From Flaccisagitta enflata (lineage: Eukaryota): DNA of 64,000 nucleotides. The translations under genes were made by a program, and so were the position numbers. The notes beneath the pieces were generated by a model. That model had not been told where the DNA came from. It saw nothing but the letters and a program-made list of their open reading frames with translations, and did no database searches. The DNA lies in assembly GCA_965153355.1 (NCBI GenBank), contig OZ231126.1, forward strand, positions 42,284,001-42,348,000. Reading direction: 5' to 3'. Of this stretch, positions 1-54,139 are shown piece after piece (the first letter of the stretch is position 1; each line of letters begins with the position of its first letter).

Positions 1-659
1 AAGCTATGAAACAGTATTTTTTAGGTTTTAATAGTGTTAAATTGTGTTGTAGTAATTACATTTTACCTTTTGGTACTGCCAAAAGTGTTAAATCTTCAAA
101 AATTTTTCTTTTTCTTTTTTTCAACCTTTTGATTTTCTTCCCCATCTCCAAACCATTTGATTTTATTCCCCCCCCCACCGGGGGGGGGGAATACTCAACA
201 TTATACACACCTGCCTTTAAATCATTATTTAACCAGTCGCCCCATGTGTAAAGAAGCAAGCCGCTGGGAGAGCCTAAAAAGGGGTGTTACCCTGCACCTT
301 TCAGTGATTTTCGAAAAAGTTAATCTTTTGAATTTTTTTTCCTTGAGCTTAAGCGGAAAGGCATAAACAATTTCTACCAAAAGGAACCACAAGACAACTA
401 TTCTCTTCCTCAATATTTCATCAGTTTTCAAAGTATAAGCAAATAGTTTTCTTATAATTTAGCATCAGAGACTGTTATGATGAAAAAATAAAAAAAAAAG
501 AAGCGGCGGCATTTGAATTCCAGTATGATGGGTAAAATGTGGTAAGCGAAACCTGTTGCCCTGCTTTGCATGATTGGGAATAAGAGCGAATTGAAGCAAT
601 AGCCCCGAAAGTGGCAAAGTCCTGTGGTAGAACACGGGACTTTGTTCTTCTAGCATGTG

Positions 660-1260
660 AGGGCTGAAATATGCCCTGAGAATGCTAAATGCTAATTTTA
701 GGCTTGAGAGGGCTGTTTTGAGGCCTGAGCCGATTGATTAGGTTTCTATGAATGCCGCTTTAAAGCCTGAGATGATTAAATTGAAGCCTGCGAGGCCTGA
801 GTGGGCTGATTTGAGGCTGAAGAGAGCAGATTTGAGGTCTGAAAGAGCAGCAATGGGACTGATGTGAGGCCTGAGAGTCTAGAGGAGGTCTAGGTAGGCT
901 GATTTGAAGCCAGAGGGGACTGATTTGCGGCTAGGGAGGGCAGATTTTAGGTGTGAAATGATAGATTTCAGGTTAGGAAGGGCCGATCTCAGGCCTGAGA
1001 GGGCAGATTTGAGGCCTGAGAGGGCAGATTTGGGTTCTGAGAGGACAGATTTGGGTTCTGAGAGGACAGATTTGAGTTCCTAGAGGGCAGATTTGAGTTC
1101 CGAGTGGGAAGATTTGAGTTCCGAGAGGGCAGATTTGAGGCCTGAGCTGAGAGGACTGATTTAAGGCCTGGGAGGGGGGCTAACGAACGTACAAATGGTC
1201 GATGAAAGTCCCCCTAGGCCCCTTCTTCTATAAGACTTCGTCCACTTTGAGCCGAGCTGC
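660..1260. repeat. Degenerate ~20-bp minisatellite (gaggcctgagagggcagattt) inside a dispersed element; sister arrays at about 8455-9045 and 17195-17760
   Basis: The repeated unit is visible directly. The sister arrays are bounded by ggggcagcggccccg / cggggccgct-like ends, and this copy has degenerate versions of them. Confidence 0.75.
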
Positions 1261-2666
1261 CCAAAAAAGAGAAAAGCGTTCTATGGTCAGCGGTGTATGT
1301 AATTGGGTACATGGGTGATGGTAAGAGGGGCAGCGGCCTGAGCTTTACCCGGGGCCTCTGGTGAAGAAGTACGGAATACTCATGCCTCTCACCGAAGTGC
1401 TTAATGATATAGGGAGGCCTTATCGGGAAAAAGTCGAAGTCAGTCTTCGACTTTTTGACATTTGAGAGAAACATGGTTTTCATTTTCTTATGCGAAAGTT
1501 GAGCATCTACACAGAGTAAATGTGGCCTTCAAAAAAATTGATAGGGTAAGTAGATTTGATAATTCTCTTTTATTTGGCACCAAGCAGAGTTTTCTACGAC
1601 AAATATTTTTCGCGCTATGATTTTTTAAAGATTTATTTACGAAGAATGCAAATTGAATTTTTTTTCAATTTTTTTATGATTTTGAGTAGGATCAATAAAG
1701 AAGTGTTTGTCACAATGCAAACGAAGACAAAATTTGTTTTTCAGTCAGAATAAAACATTTTAGATAGTTGCCTTCATTAGTATCAAAATCTGAATTTTAT
1801 TTTTTTACACTTATAATTACTCTATTAGTATTTTCAAAAAGTAAATAAACAGAAATTATAAATAGTTTAATGTTTAAAGGCCAAGGTTGTTGAAAACATG
1901 GATATTTCTAATAAAAAAGAGAACAAAATTTCAAAAAACTGTTGAGTGAAATTATATTACTGCTTCTAGATGCAAAATTTTGCATTTTCAAAAACATGAC
2001 CCTCTTCTTTAATATGTTTAGAAAAGGGCCATGTTTTTGAAAAAAAAAAAAACGATTTTCTTACACGTATCTCTATACTTCATGCTTGCTATAAACCTTA
2101 GATTGATTTTCTATGCAAAAATATTGTCTTCCAAATAATATTTATTTTCAATTAATAAAAAAATGCAAATTGTCAAAATCAACAATATGGAAAAAAATGT
2201 GTTGACTCGTGAAATTTCACCTTCGTGTGCATTGTGACTTATGTGTTTTTTTTAAGCATGCAAATACAAGAAAACATATTTATGAGCACAGCTGCTCATC
2301 TGTGAAGCATTTTAGCTTATTTAGGTTATTTAGCTCAGTCTTTTCTTTCTGATTTTAAATGTGGTAAATGAATAAATATTTTCATACATTTTTAAGCAAG
2401 CAAATACAAGAAAGCATGTCAGTGAGCATAGTCGTTCATCTGTGAGAGTGATTTTAAGTATTCTAGCTCATTTAGCTAATTCAGCTCGCTCTTTTTCTCT
2501 GATCTTTAATAGAATGAATAAATTAATGTTTTGATTTGAGCTTGCAAGAAAGTATTTCAGTGAACAGAGCTGGTTGTTTGGTTGAATCATTTTGAATATT
2601 TCAGCTCATCTAGCTCATTTGGCTTAGTCCTATTTTTTTCTGATTTTCAGTGCAATCAATACAATT

Positions 2667-3207
2667 CAGGGGCCTGTAGAGGAATTTCGGGCCCCTATAC
2701 AACAAAAAAATCCGGGCCCCCCCTTTAGTCTTGAAGCGATGGCCAATGCGTATAATTGCGTATAGATGATATACAGTTTTTATTTTTTACTTTTCAGTCT
2801 CTATACATTCAATCTTTAGAAGAAAATCCAAACAAGTGTTGAACTATGCTCTGTAACAAAAAAAGAAAAAATATGTGCTGCACGTTCCCTCATGTAAATA
2901 AAGCTCATATAAGCTAAGGGCTTGCTTTTGCACATGCACATTATTCCCTCAGGGCTTTAGTTTTTATTGGCCCTAGACTTTTTCTTGTTTTTTTTCTTGG
3001 TTTTTTTTTTTCTTTTCTCTTCTCTCTTTTCTCTTCTTTTTTTTTTCTTCTTCTTTTTTCTTTTTTCTTTTTCCTTTTTCTTTTGCCCTCTTCTTTTTTC
3101 CCTTTTTTTCCTCTTTATTTCTATGGCAGTTGAAGGGCCCTCCGGGCCCCCCTGAGGCCCGGGCCCCTATAATTTGTATAGGGTGTACAGGCCTCTACAG
3201 GCCCCTG
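2667..3207. mobile_element. hAT-type MITE
   Basis: TIR caggggcctgtagagg / cctctacaggcccctg; 8-bp TSD ATACAATT (2659-2666, 3208-3215). Confidence 0.85.
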
Positions 3208-4057
3208 ATACAATTGCTCTCGATTTGATCTAACAAATAAAAAAGATTGTTAAGACTGAAAACAAAAGCTTGGCGAAAAGTGACCAATGCTTACGACTTT
3301 TTTCCTCACGGCGACAGCCACCATTACTCGTACATTTTATGCAACTCTGGTTTCAAATTAGACCTTAAAAAATTTGAATGAATGGAAGCAGATTACATCG
3401 TGTGGCAATGCCAGTAGGTAAGAGGCTCGGATTTCTGGATTGTTGAGGGTCCCTGCCTTCTATAGCGTCGTCGTCGTCGTCGCCGTCGCTCGGAACATGA
3501 ACTCTCTCAACCGCATTCTCGAATTTTCCTCGACTACCGAAATCCATTATGTGGCCTTTATGCGGGTCTCCGAATCTGTGCAACAGATATATTTCCGAGA
3601 TGAAGAAGTTCTCTGCCTCGAGGACAAGACTAAGTGGCTGTAATTGAATTCTATCTTGGGGACCGTTGGTAGACCGTTGTGGGAGTTCCCAATCATTTGC
3701 ATTGGCTCACCGTCAGTGATCAGATCGAGTTAGGGTGAGAGAAAGCCCTAATATCTGTGAGCAAATCTGGGAAAAAAATCCCTTTTACCGATGACACAAT
3801 CCGGCTGTTTGTTGAAGCGGTCTCGGTATTGATATGGTCAAGATTCATTTCAGCGTGACACTCGATCTGTTATTATTCCCCTTGGCTGGAGCTCCGCCTT
3901 GTATTATATCATGACGAATCAAAACAAGGAATTCACCACAAAATCCAATCGCGTCCCTTATTTGATTTAATTGTCGTCGCTTCCCGGCTCATCCTGATCG
4001 TCTTCCTCTTCGCCTTGACCGTCATTATCGTCGTCATTGTTGTCATCGTCGTTAGTC

Positions 4058-43976
<39,919 letters not shown>

Positions 43977-44736
43977 CTATTGCCTTGATAAAACAAGGCC
44001 AAGTAGGCCAACGATGCAATGCATCCTCTTTGAATGAACGTTTTTTTATGAAGGAATGTGTAATATGAATGAATGTTTTTAAGGATGGATGTTTCTTATG
44101 AATGAATACCATTTATGAATGAATAAATGATTTAATGAATGAACTACTAAATGTATGCTACTTTTACTGGGTTAGAACCACTTTTCTGTTAAAAAAATGC
44201 ATGTTTTTAATGAATGTGTTACCGACCAACTAACGACCGACCAACCAACCGACGGATCGACCAACGGACACAGGCTATTAGAGAGATGCGAGGTCGCATC
44301 TAAAAACGAAGCTCGCGGAAAGTTGTATTAAACTTGTTTATTTATAATTTAAAATTTTAAAAAAGAGTTTTTATGATGCTTTATGAATTGCTTATGTCGG
44401 GGTGCAATCGAATACCAAATTTGATCAGTCAAAATGTTTTTTTAGCAATATAATAGATGTTGTAAATTTGTATATTTTATCGATGAAAAACAATAATTAA
44501 TTTGTGTTTAGACTATTTTTGCATTAAAAACCATTTTTGTGTCCAAAGTAACTGTGAAATGTAGGGGTAAACGTCCGAAAAAAGGAAGTTTTCAAGGAAA
44601 ATCTTATTTTACAATCTGACATGTCTTGGGTAAAATTACAATTTTGCACAGAGATTAAAAAAATGTAATTTTCAAAAATATGGCGTCTTTCTAAAGACTC
44701 AAAAGATGAGGGCCATGTGTTTGGCAATGCAAAATT

Positions 44737-47052
44737 TTTAGTCGCGTGCACGCGACTCTACACCTTGCCGTGTCGGTCGGTAGGTCGGTCGGTCCGTAAC
44801 ATTTTTGAAATAATGACTTTTTAAGGTTATTTAGGGTCATTTAAGGTACTCTAGGGTATTTCAGGGTACTTTAGGGTACTTTAGGGTACTTAAGTTATTC
44901 TAGGTACTTAAGGTACTTGGGTACTTTTGGGTACTTTAGGGTACTTTAGGGCACATAAGGGTACTTAAGGGTTTTTAAGGTATTGAAAAAATGAATGTAG
45001 GTTAGGGTACTGAAGGTTATTTTAGGGTATAGAAGGTTACTTTAGGGTACCTAAAGGTATTTTTTTGCATTTCAAAATATTTTAGGCGGCGGCGGAGCCG
45101 CTCGCCGAGTCAGCGGCTTAAGTATGTAAATATGTAAGTATGTAATTAGGTAAGTATGTAATTATGTAAGTATTTAAGTATGTAAGTAAGTATGTAAGTA
45201 AGTATGTAGTATGTAAGTATGTAGTAAGTATGTAGTATGTTAAGTATGTAGTATGAATGTAGTATGAAGTAATGTAGTTGTGTGTAGTATGAAGTTGTGT
45301 ACATTATTAACATTTTTAACATTTTTAACATTTTTAACATATGTAAGTATGTATGTAAGTACAAAAGTATGTATGTAGGTAAGTATGTAAGTAAGTATGT
45401 AAGTATGTAAGTATGTAAGTAAGTATGTAAGTATGTAAGTAAGTATGTAAGTAAGTATGTAAGTAAGTATGTAAGTGTGTATGTAAGTATGTAAATATGT
45501 AAGTATGTAAGTAAGTAAGTATGTAAGTATGTAAGTAAGCAAGCATGTAAGTATGTAAATATGTGAGTATGTAAGTAAGTATGTAAGTATGTAAGTATGT
45601 AAGCAGTGAGTATGTAGGTAAGTATGTAAGTATGTAAGTATGTAAGTTAGTAAGTATGTAAGTATGTAAGTACGTAAGTATGTAAGTATGTATGTAGGTA
45701 AGTATATAAGTATGTAAGTGAGTATGTAGGTATGTAAGTATGTAAGTATGTATGTAGGTATGTAAGTATGTAAGTATGTAAGTATGTATGTAAGTATGTA
45801 AGGATGTATGTATGTAAGTATGTAAGTATGTAAGTATATAAGTATGTATGTATGTAAGTATGTAAGTATGTATGTAAGTATGTATGTAAGTATGTATGTA
45901 AGTATGTAAGTACGCAAGTATGTAAGCAGTGAGTATGTAGGTAAGTATGTAAGTATGTAAGTATGTAAGTTAGTAAGTATGTATGTAAGTACGTAAGTAT
46001 GTGAGTATGTAGGTAAGTATGTAAGTATGTAAGTAAGTATGTAGGTAAGTATGTAAGTATGTAAGTAAGTATGTATGTAAGTATGTAAGGATGTATGTAT
46101 GTAAGTAAGTATGTAGGTAAGTATGTATGTATGTATGTATGTATGTACGTATGTATGTAAGTAAGTATGTATGTAAGTAAGAAAGTAAGTATGTAAGTGT
46201 GTATGTAAGTATGTAAGTAAGTATGTATGTAAGTTTGCATGTAAGTATGTATGTAAGTATGTAGTATGTATGTATGTAAGTAAATATGTAAGTATGTACC
46301 GGGTGGACATAAAAAAAGTAGTCACTTTATCTTAATAATATAAAAATGATTCTTAATCACCTATTATGTGATCATTCAATATAAATAAGCATTTTAATTT
46401 GTGTACATGAATATAATATACAAATTCAAATTATGTTTGGTCAATCAAAAATTTTTTTCTGGGCATTATTGCCTTTTTTAATAAAAAATGATGATTGATA
46501 ATCATTAGTGTTTTGGATATGTTATATTATTGGTGCACATACTTTCTTAAGACCTATTTTTATACAACTATTGCAATTCAAAAGCAAACTTTGGAGTGAA
46601 CACTATTTTATACTCAATTTCAAGCAAAATTTTTCAAGTGGTCCCTAATTCAATTCAGTTTTTTTAAGATAACTTGAAAAACATTGATATTCATAAAAAT
46701 TAGCCATAATAGAACATGATGTGCACGATTATATCTAAATAACTAAAAAAAAATTTTTTACTTAGGAGAAATTTTAAAAGTGATATGAAAAAATTAAAAG
46801 TTACTTTTTTAAAGTCCACCCGTTATGTATGTATGTAAGTATGTAAATATGTAAGTATGTAATTAGGTAAGTATGTAATCATGTAAGTATGTAAGTATGT
46901 AAGTATGTAAGTAAGTATGTAGTATGTAAGTATGTAGTAAGTAAGTATGTAGTATGTTAAGTATGTAGTATGAAGTTATGTAGTTATGTGTAGTATAAAG
47001 TTGTGTAGTTTTGTGTAACTTAGCACGCGACTGTTGGCCTGTTGGGCTTGTT
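44737..47052 (+). mobile_element. HINE-like element expanded by internal satellites
   Basis: 5' gtcgcgtgcacgcgactctacacc and 3' gcacgcgactgttggcc...cttgtt enclose (agggtacttt)n and (gtaagtat)n arrays. Confidence 0.7.
46299..46822. mobile_element. Tc1/mariner-like MITE nested in a satellite array
   Basis: TIR ccgggtggac...aaaaaagta / tacttttttaaagtccacccg, with TA at the flanks; interrupts the (gtaagtat)n array. Confidence 0.65.
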
Positions 47053-47549
47053 CATTTAGAAGCAGAATTATAATTTTACTCAACAACTTTCTGAACTTTT
47101 CCTCTTATTTTTAGGCAAAATTTTCATGTTTTATTGAATAACTTTGGTCTTTACGAATATATAATAGAAACTTTTTATATTGTAATAATTTTTTATATTC
47201 CTAAAAAAATCAGGAGTGCAAATTTTTTTATTTCAAAACTTGTCACTTACCAGGATAACTATATATAACAATTTATTGTGACTGAAAGTCAAATTTTGTC
47301 TTCGTCCCCGACTTATGCTTCTAGCGTATTCTGCTTTCATTTTGCGTTTTCATATATTTTTTTCCAAACATTGCGGTTTAATTTATTTTCATACATTTAT
47401 GGGAATTCTTTGTCACCATGTTGCTTTCCTTGTCTATCTTTCAGTTCTGTATATTCTGAATTTTTGAATGCACTTTGAGTGTGAATAAAATATTTTTTGG
47501 AATTTTGACTGTGTATATACGGTGAATGTGTCCTTACTTGTGATCTTGG

Positions 47550-48413
47550 CTATGGCCCTCCACCATGCATCCTGTCGACCGCCAAGACGATTTTTGGATT
47601 ACTGTAGGTTTCTCGTTAGTTAGGTACAGTCCACATATGCAGGAATCCACATCCAACCATTAAAAAATATTTCATTGGGCACTGTTGAAAAAAAATCACA
47701 ATTTGTAAAAATGTGTTGCTTTTGCAATGTATGTTGCATACGCGAAGCACATGTGTTGCATATATGACATGTGTTGCATATGCAACATATGTTGCATATG
47801 CGAAGTACAGGTGTTGCATATGCAAAGCACATGTGTTGTGTTTGCAACGTCTGTTAATTGGAGAATTCTGGCCTCCTTTTATAAGGGCAATGTTGTTTCA
47901 ACTTTCATATGAGAAGTGCTTTAGAGCTAAGTGGTTGAGCTTTGTGATGGTGGGGTGGTAGGCAAGGGCTGTGTATGGGGGCGGCGGGGTGTAGTGAAGT
48001 GAGAATATGGATAAGTATTTTACAGGTTTTCTTCTTCGAATTCCCATTATCATCCCACCAGACCACCCCTTATTTTTTCTTTCACTGAAAGATTTTGAAT
48101 TCCTGTAGGTAGAGTACAATTGAAATGACTCTTTTTAGATAGAAATGTCTTTTTTTTTCTCCCAAGATGTCCATCATGAGGATTCACACTTTGTCCCCCT
48201 CTTGATCTTTTTAAGCATTGGGCAAAATAGTTTCTATTTTGTAATAGGGTGGGAAGATGGGAGAGTACTGAGTAGTTTATGTTCTTCTTTCAAATTCAGT
48301 ATAAGAATAAACCCCACCACTCCACCCCACCCAATCGCTGACCTTGCGTCACTTGTTTAATGTTTTATCTATCGTCTGTCTGTCTGTCTGTCTCTGTCTG
48401 TGTGTGTGTGTGT

Positions 48414-48493
<80 letters not shown>

Positions 48494-48800
48494 TGTATCA
48501 CATAGCATACGCAACATATTTTGCATATGCAGCACATGTATTTCGCATATGCAACATATGTCGCACATGCAACACATGTACTTTGCTTATGCAACACATG
48601 TTTTTCGCATATGCAACATATGTTCTTCGCATATACAACATATGTTACATATGCAACTTATTTTCTCAATTGGTGATTTTTTTTCAAAAAGTACACGATG
48701 AAATATTTTTGATGGTTCCTGCAATTTGAGGAGGATACCAAACTGAGGAAAAACTTACAGTAATCCAAAAATCGTCCTGGCGGTTCCCAGGATTCATGGT
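47550..48800. mobile_element. Foldback element with (gcatatgcaaca)-like subterminal repeats
   Basis: Inverted arms gacgatttttggattactgtag / ttacagtaatccaaaaatcgtc plus mirror-image gcatatg arrays. Confidence 0.6.
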
Positions 48801-49848
48801 GCCTCCATCTCTAATTTGATCTGTCAGGTGTGTAAAATTAATAAAAAATCTCAGGATCATGGCAAAATTCTTCTTTAATGTAGTATTTCGACCTGAGAAA
48901 TGTCGCCGTACTAGCCGCAGCCTATCGAAACATTGACCGGGCCGGAGACCATTTTTCACTGCAAAATTGGTCCATTGTGGAATGGACGGCAAAACTTTGA
49001 CATGATCCTGAGATTTTTTAGTATAATCGCCTTTTATCACCCCCTCCCCCTTTTTGATTTCCCCCCAAGGTCGTATCACACGTAAAAAAAATCTCTGGTT
49101 TTTTCCCCTTAGACCTGTAAAACAATACGTTTTGAGATTGAATCGTGTTGTAATAACCGATCAATCAAATATCGTGTTACTTCTAGTTATGCCAATAGTC
49201 TAAAATCTCCTTTATTATTCCCACTTCTATTTCCTTCCCCTTAATCAAGGCCGGATACACGGCTATCTCAGTCGCGTGCGGATGGGCAGAGGCCATGTTT
49301 GAGGTCATTTCACCATTTGGGCAGGAGCAGTGAGGCCAAAGACCGCTAAAACCTCAAAGAAATGAACTGTGATCATAGTATATATACTATACGTATTTCG
49401 CGAAATTTCGCCCTCTTTCTGTCTTTGTTTTCTGTCATGTCCTTCTCTCTCCTTCCTGACTTTTTCTCACACACACACACACACACCAAAAACAAACACA
49501 CAGACCAAAAACACACACACTCAGTGATATACTGTACTACTCTCTTCAAACCGAGAGCGATGTTGTTGACACACCAAATTCACACCAGCCTCGCATTCCA
49601 TTTTGATTCTGCGTCCGAGCATCTTCATCCCCGCTCTTCCCCATCTCGTTCCAAGCTGAAGTCGATGTCTTCTTCTCATTTCCTGCTTTCTGAGTCATGT
49701 CTGGAAAATGTATCTCTCCGAACGTTTACAATCTTAGATCTACAGCTAGATAACTCAGACTGCTGACCTGATATGCAGAATATACGCGTCTGCTACAGTA
49801 GAAGTCATTAGATAGTCACACAAGATAAAAGAAAAAGAATCTCAGGCC

Positions 49849-50123
49849 ATGACTACGTCATATCTCAACCAGGCTGCACGCAGCAGCCCCACGAAATTTT
49901 ACACAAGACCATCGTTCTATCTAAAATGTATTTTCGCATTCGTGCTTTGCGCCTTGGGACTTCTTCTTTACTCAGGTAATTGACGGGTCTCCAAATGGTC
50001 AATCACAACTTCTTGTTTCTGTGGTCGCCTACGTTATTTCCTAGATTGTCTTGTCCTTTGACGTCAAATTCGAAAGGGTTTGTCTGTTTTGATCTATTGT
50101 TTTGCTTTTATTATTCGCTGGAA

Positions 50124-50165
<42 letters not shown>

Positions 50166-53100
50166 AAAAAAAGAAGAAGAACAAGCCCGAACTGGCAACG
50201 ATGCGTCCGGACTGTGTCTCTATGTGTATTGATCATGTGACATATATGGATAAACAGACGGTAAAACAGACAGACGTCCGTCAAGAGTAGTAATGGAGGC
50301 TCTCAAAACATGTTTGTCTCTCAGTAGATTCAGTGTAGGATCTCATTGTGGCCAAAAACAGCCGAAAGTCGCGGTTTTTGCACAGGCGTAACGGACCGAC
50401 CGACGGACGGACGGACGGACCGACCGACGGACCGACCGACCGACGGACGGACGGACAGACCCTCTTATAGAGATGCGAGGACGCATCTAAAAAGAACAAG
50501 GCCGGATACACGGCCATACCAGTTGCGGACGGGTGGGCAGGGGCGGAAATACGCGTTTTCACACTTTTCGACTCGTTCACACCGACGGACGGACGGACGG
50601 ACAAAGACTCTTATAGAGTTGCGTGTCCGCAACTAAAAAGAAAAAGAAGCAGGGGTAACACATGAAGAAGAACAAGCCCGACCGGGCAACGATGCGTCCG
50701 GACTGTGTTTCTGCGTGTATTGATCATGTAACACATATGGAGAGACAGATAGACAAACAGACGGGTGAAACGACTGAGTAGTAAAAGAGGCTCTAAAAAC
50801 ATGATGGTTGATCATTTGTTTCAGTATGTCTCACTATGGTCATGAACAGCCAAAAAACGCGATTTTTGCACAGGCGTTACGGACAGACGGACGGACGGAC
50901 AGACAGACCCTCTTATAGAGATGCGTTCCTGACGGACGCATTTAAAAAGCGGGGGTAACTCATGTACGAGGAAAAGAAGAAAAAGAAGAAGAAAAAGAAG
51001 AAGAAGAAGAAGAAGAAGAAGAAGAAGAAGAAGAAGAAGAAGAAGAAGAAGAAGAAGAAGAAGAAGAAGAACACGGAAGAAGAAGAAGAAGAAGAAGAAG
51101 AAGAAGAAGAAGAAGAAGAAGAAGAAGAAGAAGAAGAAGAAGAAGAAGAAGAAATAGAAGAAGAAGAAGAGGAAGAAGAATAAGTGGGGGTAATACATGT
51201 ACAACGTCAATATAACGTTAATTCATTTTTAATGTGAATACTACGCAGAACCGACGGATGGCGTTCGTTTGGTTCGCGGCCCAAGGATTGGCCCCAGAGT
51301 ACGAATGGGACCCAGAGTTAGGGTAAGAGATAGCCAAATGGCTCTGTTCAGTAAACTTTTTTCCAGTTCCTTCGACGTTAGAATGTCAAAGATGTTACAG
51401 TAGATGTCGTCTAGACTTGGAAATACGGGGGAATTCATTACAGGAAGAGAAATTAACTTAAAAGACTGATGTTTAAAATATAAACTAATTAAAGGATGCT
51501 TTATTGCCCATGGTTGTTGGTTGCCATGGAAACACATTTCCATGTATTTTCGCTAAAGTATCAATTTTTTGAGAATTTTTTTCAGGGAACATTGTTTAAA
51601 AAAAAATTTGCTACAACTTTCCCACAGTAAGTTCTGTAAGAATATCGCTGGTTTGGCGGTTGCTAGGGAGCATCACAGGGCTGTCACACATAGTTACGCT
51701 CCCTAGCAACGGCTAAACGAGCAATATTCTTACAGAACATACTGTGGGAAAGTTGTGGCAAATTTTATTTTAAACAATGTTCCTTAAAACAAGGCCGGAT
51801 ACACGGCTACCGAAGTCGCGTGCGGGTGGGCAGGGGCCATTTTTGAGGTCACCAGACCATTTGGGCAAGAGCAGTGAGGTCAAAGAAATAAAATCATAAA
51901 AAAAAGTAAAGTGTGACGGACCGACCGACCAACCGACCGACCGACCGACCGACCGACGGACAAAGCGGGTTGTAGAGTCGCGTGCACGCGACTAAAAATT
52001 TCTCAAAATATTGATACTATAGCGTGAATACATGAAAATGTGTTTCCATAGCAACCAACACCCATAGGCAACAAAGCATTCTTTTATTAGTCAATATTCC
52101 AAGTATCAATCTCTTAAGTAAATTTGTCTTCCTGTAATGAATTCCCCCGTATTTCCAAGTCTAGACGACATCTACTGTAGCTGTTGGACAGTCACATGAA
52201 GCATTGAAAAATATTCTCTCCTTTTCACACAGCTTGGAGGCGAGCTTTACGAAAATGAAGGCATATATGGCCCTGGATACGGCCCGGGATACGGCCCCGG
52301 ATACGGAAGCTATGAAGAAAGAGACGAGTACAACGAGAGAAGATATGGACGGGGCTATGGAGGTACATTTCAAACCCACCATTTAACGGATGCCTGCGGA
52401 CCAGTTTTTTTTCTGTGGGTAGAGAACTGAATATCAAAGATTGTGTAACCAACACGACATATTTAGCGGGGTGTAGCTGTATGCGAATGAGCTGTTTGCT
52501 AATACAGGGGGCGAAAACAGCGAGAATGAAAAAGCTCGCTCAAAATGGGGTTTCAGCTATCGCCTATCCGAATTAAATGAAGACGCTGAATAAAACTGTG
52601 AAAATAAAAAATGTTCAGCGCAACTAGTTTAGATGTTCTTCATACTTTTCTTAGTGAAAAAAGTGAAAAAAAAACAACACTTATCGTACCACCAACTTTT
52701 AAAACACGCCTCCACTGAGATTTTTTTTCTTAGAGTTAATCTTTCAATGTATCATTGCGCGCCAAGAAAGAGAGACAAAGTAACTAAAACCAACAAATAA
52801 ATGGACAGACAGATACACAGATGCGCAGAGAGTGCATTACTCGGTACAATTGTACGATCATCTGTGATCTTTTGTTTTTAAGACTTACTAAGCGGTTTTT
52901 AGTCGCGTGCACGCGACTCTACACCTTGGTCTGTCGGTCGGTCGGTCGGTCCGTCCCGTAACGTTTTTAAATTTTCGACGTTTTTTATCATTTTTTAACA
53001 TTTTTTAGCATTTTTTAACAGTTTTTAACATATTTTAACATTCTTTAATATTTTCTGACATTTTTGGCATTTTAACATTTTTTAACCTTTTTTAACCTTT

Positions 53101-54139
53101 TTTAACATTTTTTAACATTTTTTAACATTTTTTACATTTATTAACATTTCAACATTTATTAACATTTTGTTTGTCATTTCCAGACGCACGCGACTGTTGC
53201 CCTCTTGGGCTTGTTTAAATTAGGGTTAGGGATGGGTTTAGGGTTAGGGTCAGGATTGGAGATAGTTTTAGGGTTAGCTTTAGGGCCAAGGGTTGGGTGG
53301 GTTTTGTTTATTACGGCCCGAAGCCATTCGAATTAAATTCGCTCTGGCGGAGGATTCGGGAAGTAAAACAAAATAGTGCAGAGAATCATTCATTTTTTCC
53401 CATTACTACACCTATTGTGACTCCAGCTGTAGGCACCATGCTGTGTCACGCAACTTGGCGCAGTGAAAAAAAATGTTTTAGTGAAAGGTAGCGCCTGCGC
53501 GTAACTCGCTACAGCATAGCGATACAGCAAGAGCAACAGTGATGATGAAAAATGCACCTTGAAAAACCCCTTTACATACATCTTCATCCCCGTTATCTAA
53601 ATAAATGCTTTAGTTTAAAAAACAATTTGACGATTGTCTGCGCCATAGTTGACCTCTATGTCCCCAGACTAACTCTGAGCGCAAGAACAAGAAATTGTAT
53701 CAAATATCATGTCCGTATTATTAATATCAAAAGATACTTAAATGAATTGTTTTTCCGACGCCATCCAAAATAAATTTTCGAGCTCTTCCCATCGGATGAG
53801 ATCATCATGAGAGATGCTGGCGTCTGGCTGTGGCGTAACTATCTTACAAGCAGTTGTTCAAATACAAATTCAGATCAAAAATTGAACTGTTTCACGCGAA
53901 CTGTGTTATTTATTCAAGACCTAGCTAGTATGAATGACTATGAATGCGACGCGGGTTGGGGAGATTGCCCCATTTGGGAGGGATTCAAACAGCAATGCCG
54001 AAAAAAATTGACGCTCTTCTTTTTCTTAGGACGTTCCATGTTGGGCATTGGGACAATCATCGGAATCGTTGTCGTCATCATCGTCGTCATAGTGGTCATC
54101 GCGATAGTCGCCATCTGCTGCTTACGCAACCGGTTCTAA
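49849..54139 (+). CDS. Small orphan type-I membrane protein (146 aa) with Gly/Pro/Arg and GPGY repeats
   Basis: Exons 49849-49975, 51249-51322, 52233-52362, 54030-54139 are all GT-AG and phase-consistent (441 nt). Translation: N-terminal hydrophobic signal/anchor (CIFAFVLCALGLLLYS), GPRIGPRVRMGPRVR, YGPGYGPGYGPGYG, TM IGTIIGIVVVIIVVIVVIAIVAI, short tail CCLRNRF. An alternative in-frame acceptor near 53918 would add a Cys-containing segment. Confidence 0.72.
51398..52177. mobile_element. Tc1/mariner-type MITE (palindromic), carrying a nested HINE
   Basis: Perfect ~50-bp TIR cagtagatgtcgtctagacttggaaatacgggggaattcattacaggaag; TA on both flanks. Confidence 0.88.
51787..51996 (-). mobile_element. 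Helentron-associated non-autonomous element (DINE-1/HINE-like), representative copy of a very abundant family
   Basis: Palindromic subterminal repeat gtcgcgtgcacgcgac, (GTCY)n-type microsatellite, second subTIR cgcacgcgact, hairpin gccgtgtatccggc and T-rich flanks. Other copies at about 5390-5575, 9715-10330, 10770-10990, 38855-39042, 50487-50640, 52897-53215, 54519-54722 and 57812-58132. A sister family has gatgcgtcctcgcatc. Confidence 0.75.

Noticed and set aside
3290-3650. Possible first exon(s) of a divergent minus-strand gene (MDFGSRGKFENAVER...)
   Set aside because: CpG-rich with candidate donors, but I could not build a phase-consistent continuation. The candidate acceptor at 471 hits stops in all frames. 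It may still be a real short exon or promoter region.
45240-46325. 361-aa TYLH-repeat ORF and similar ORFs at 31447-32097, 32662-33246, 10793-11318, 43175-43651
   Set aside because: These are translations of microsatellites.
51787-51996. tRNA-derived SINE
   Set aside because: No Pol III A/B boxes or poly(A) tail with TSD. The subTIR, microsatellite and hairpin layout fits Helentron-type elements better.
53218-53285. Interstitial telomere (TTAGGG)
   Set aside because: Only a few degenerate units, likely part of a dispersed repeat.
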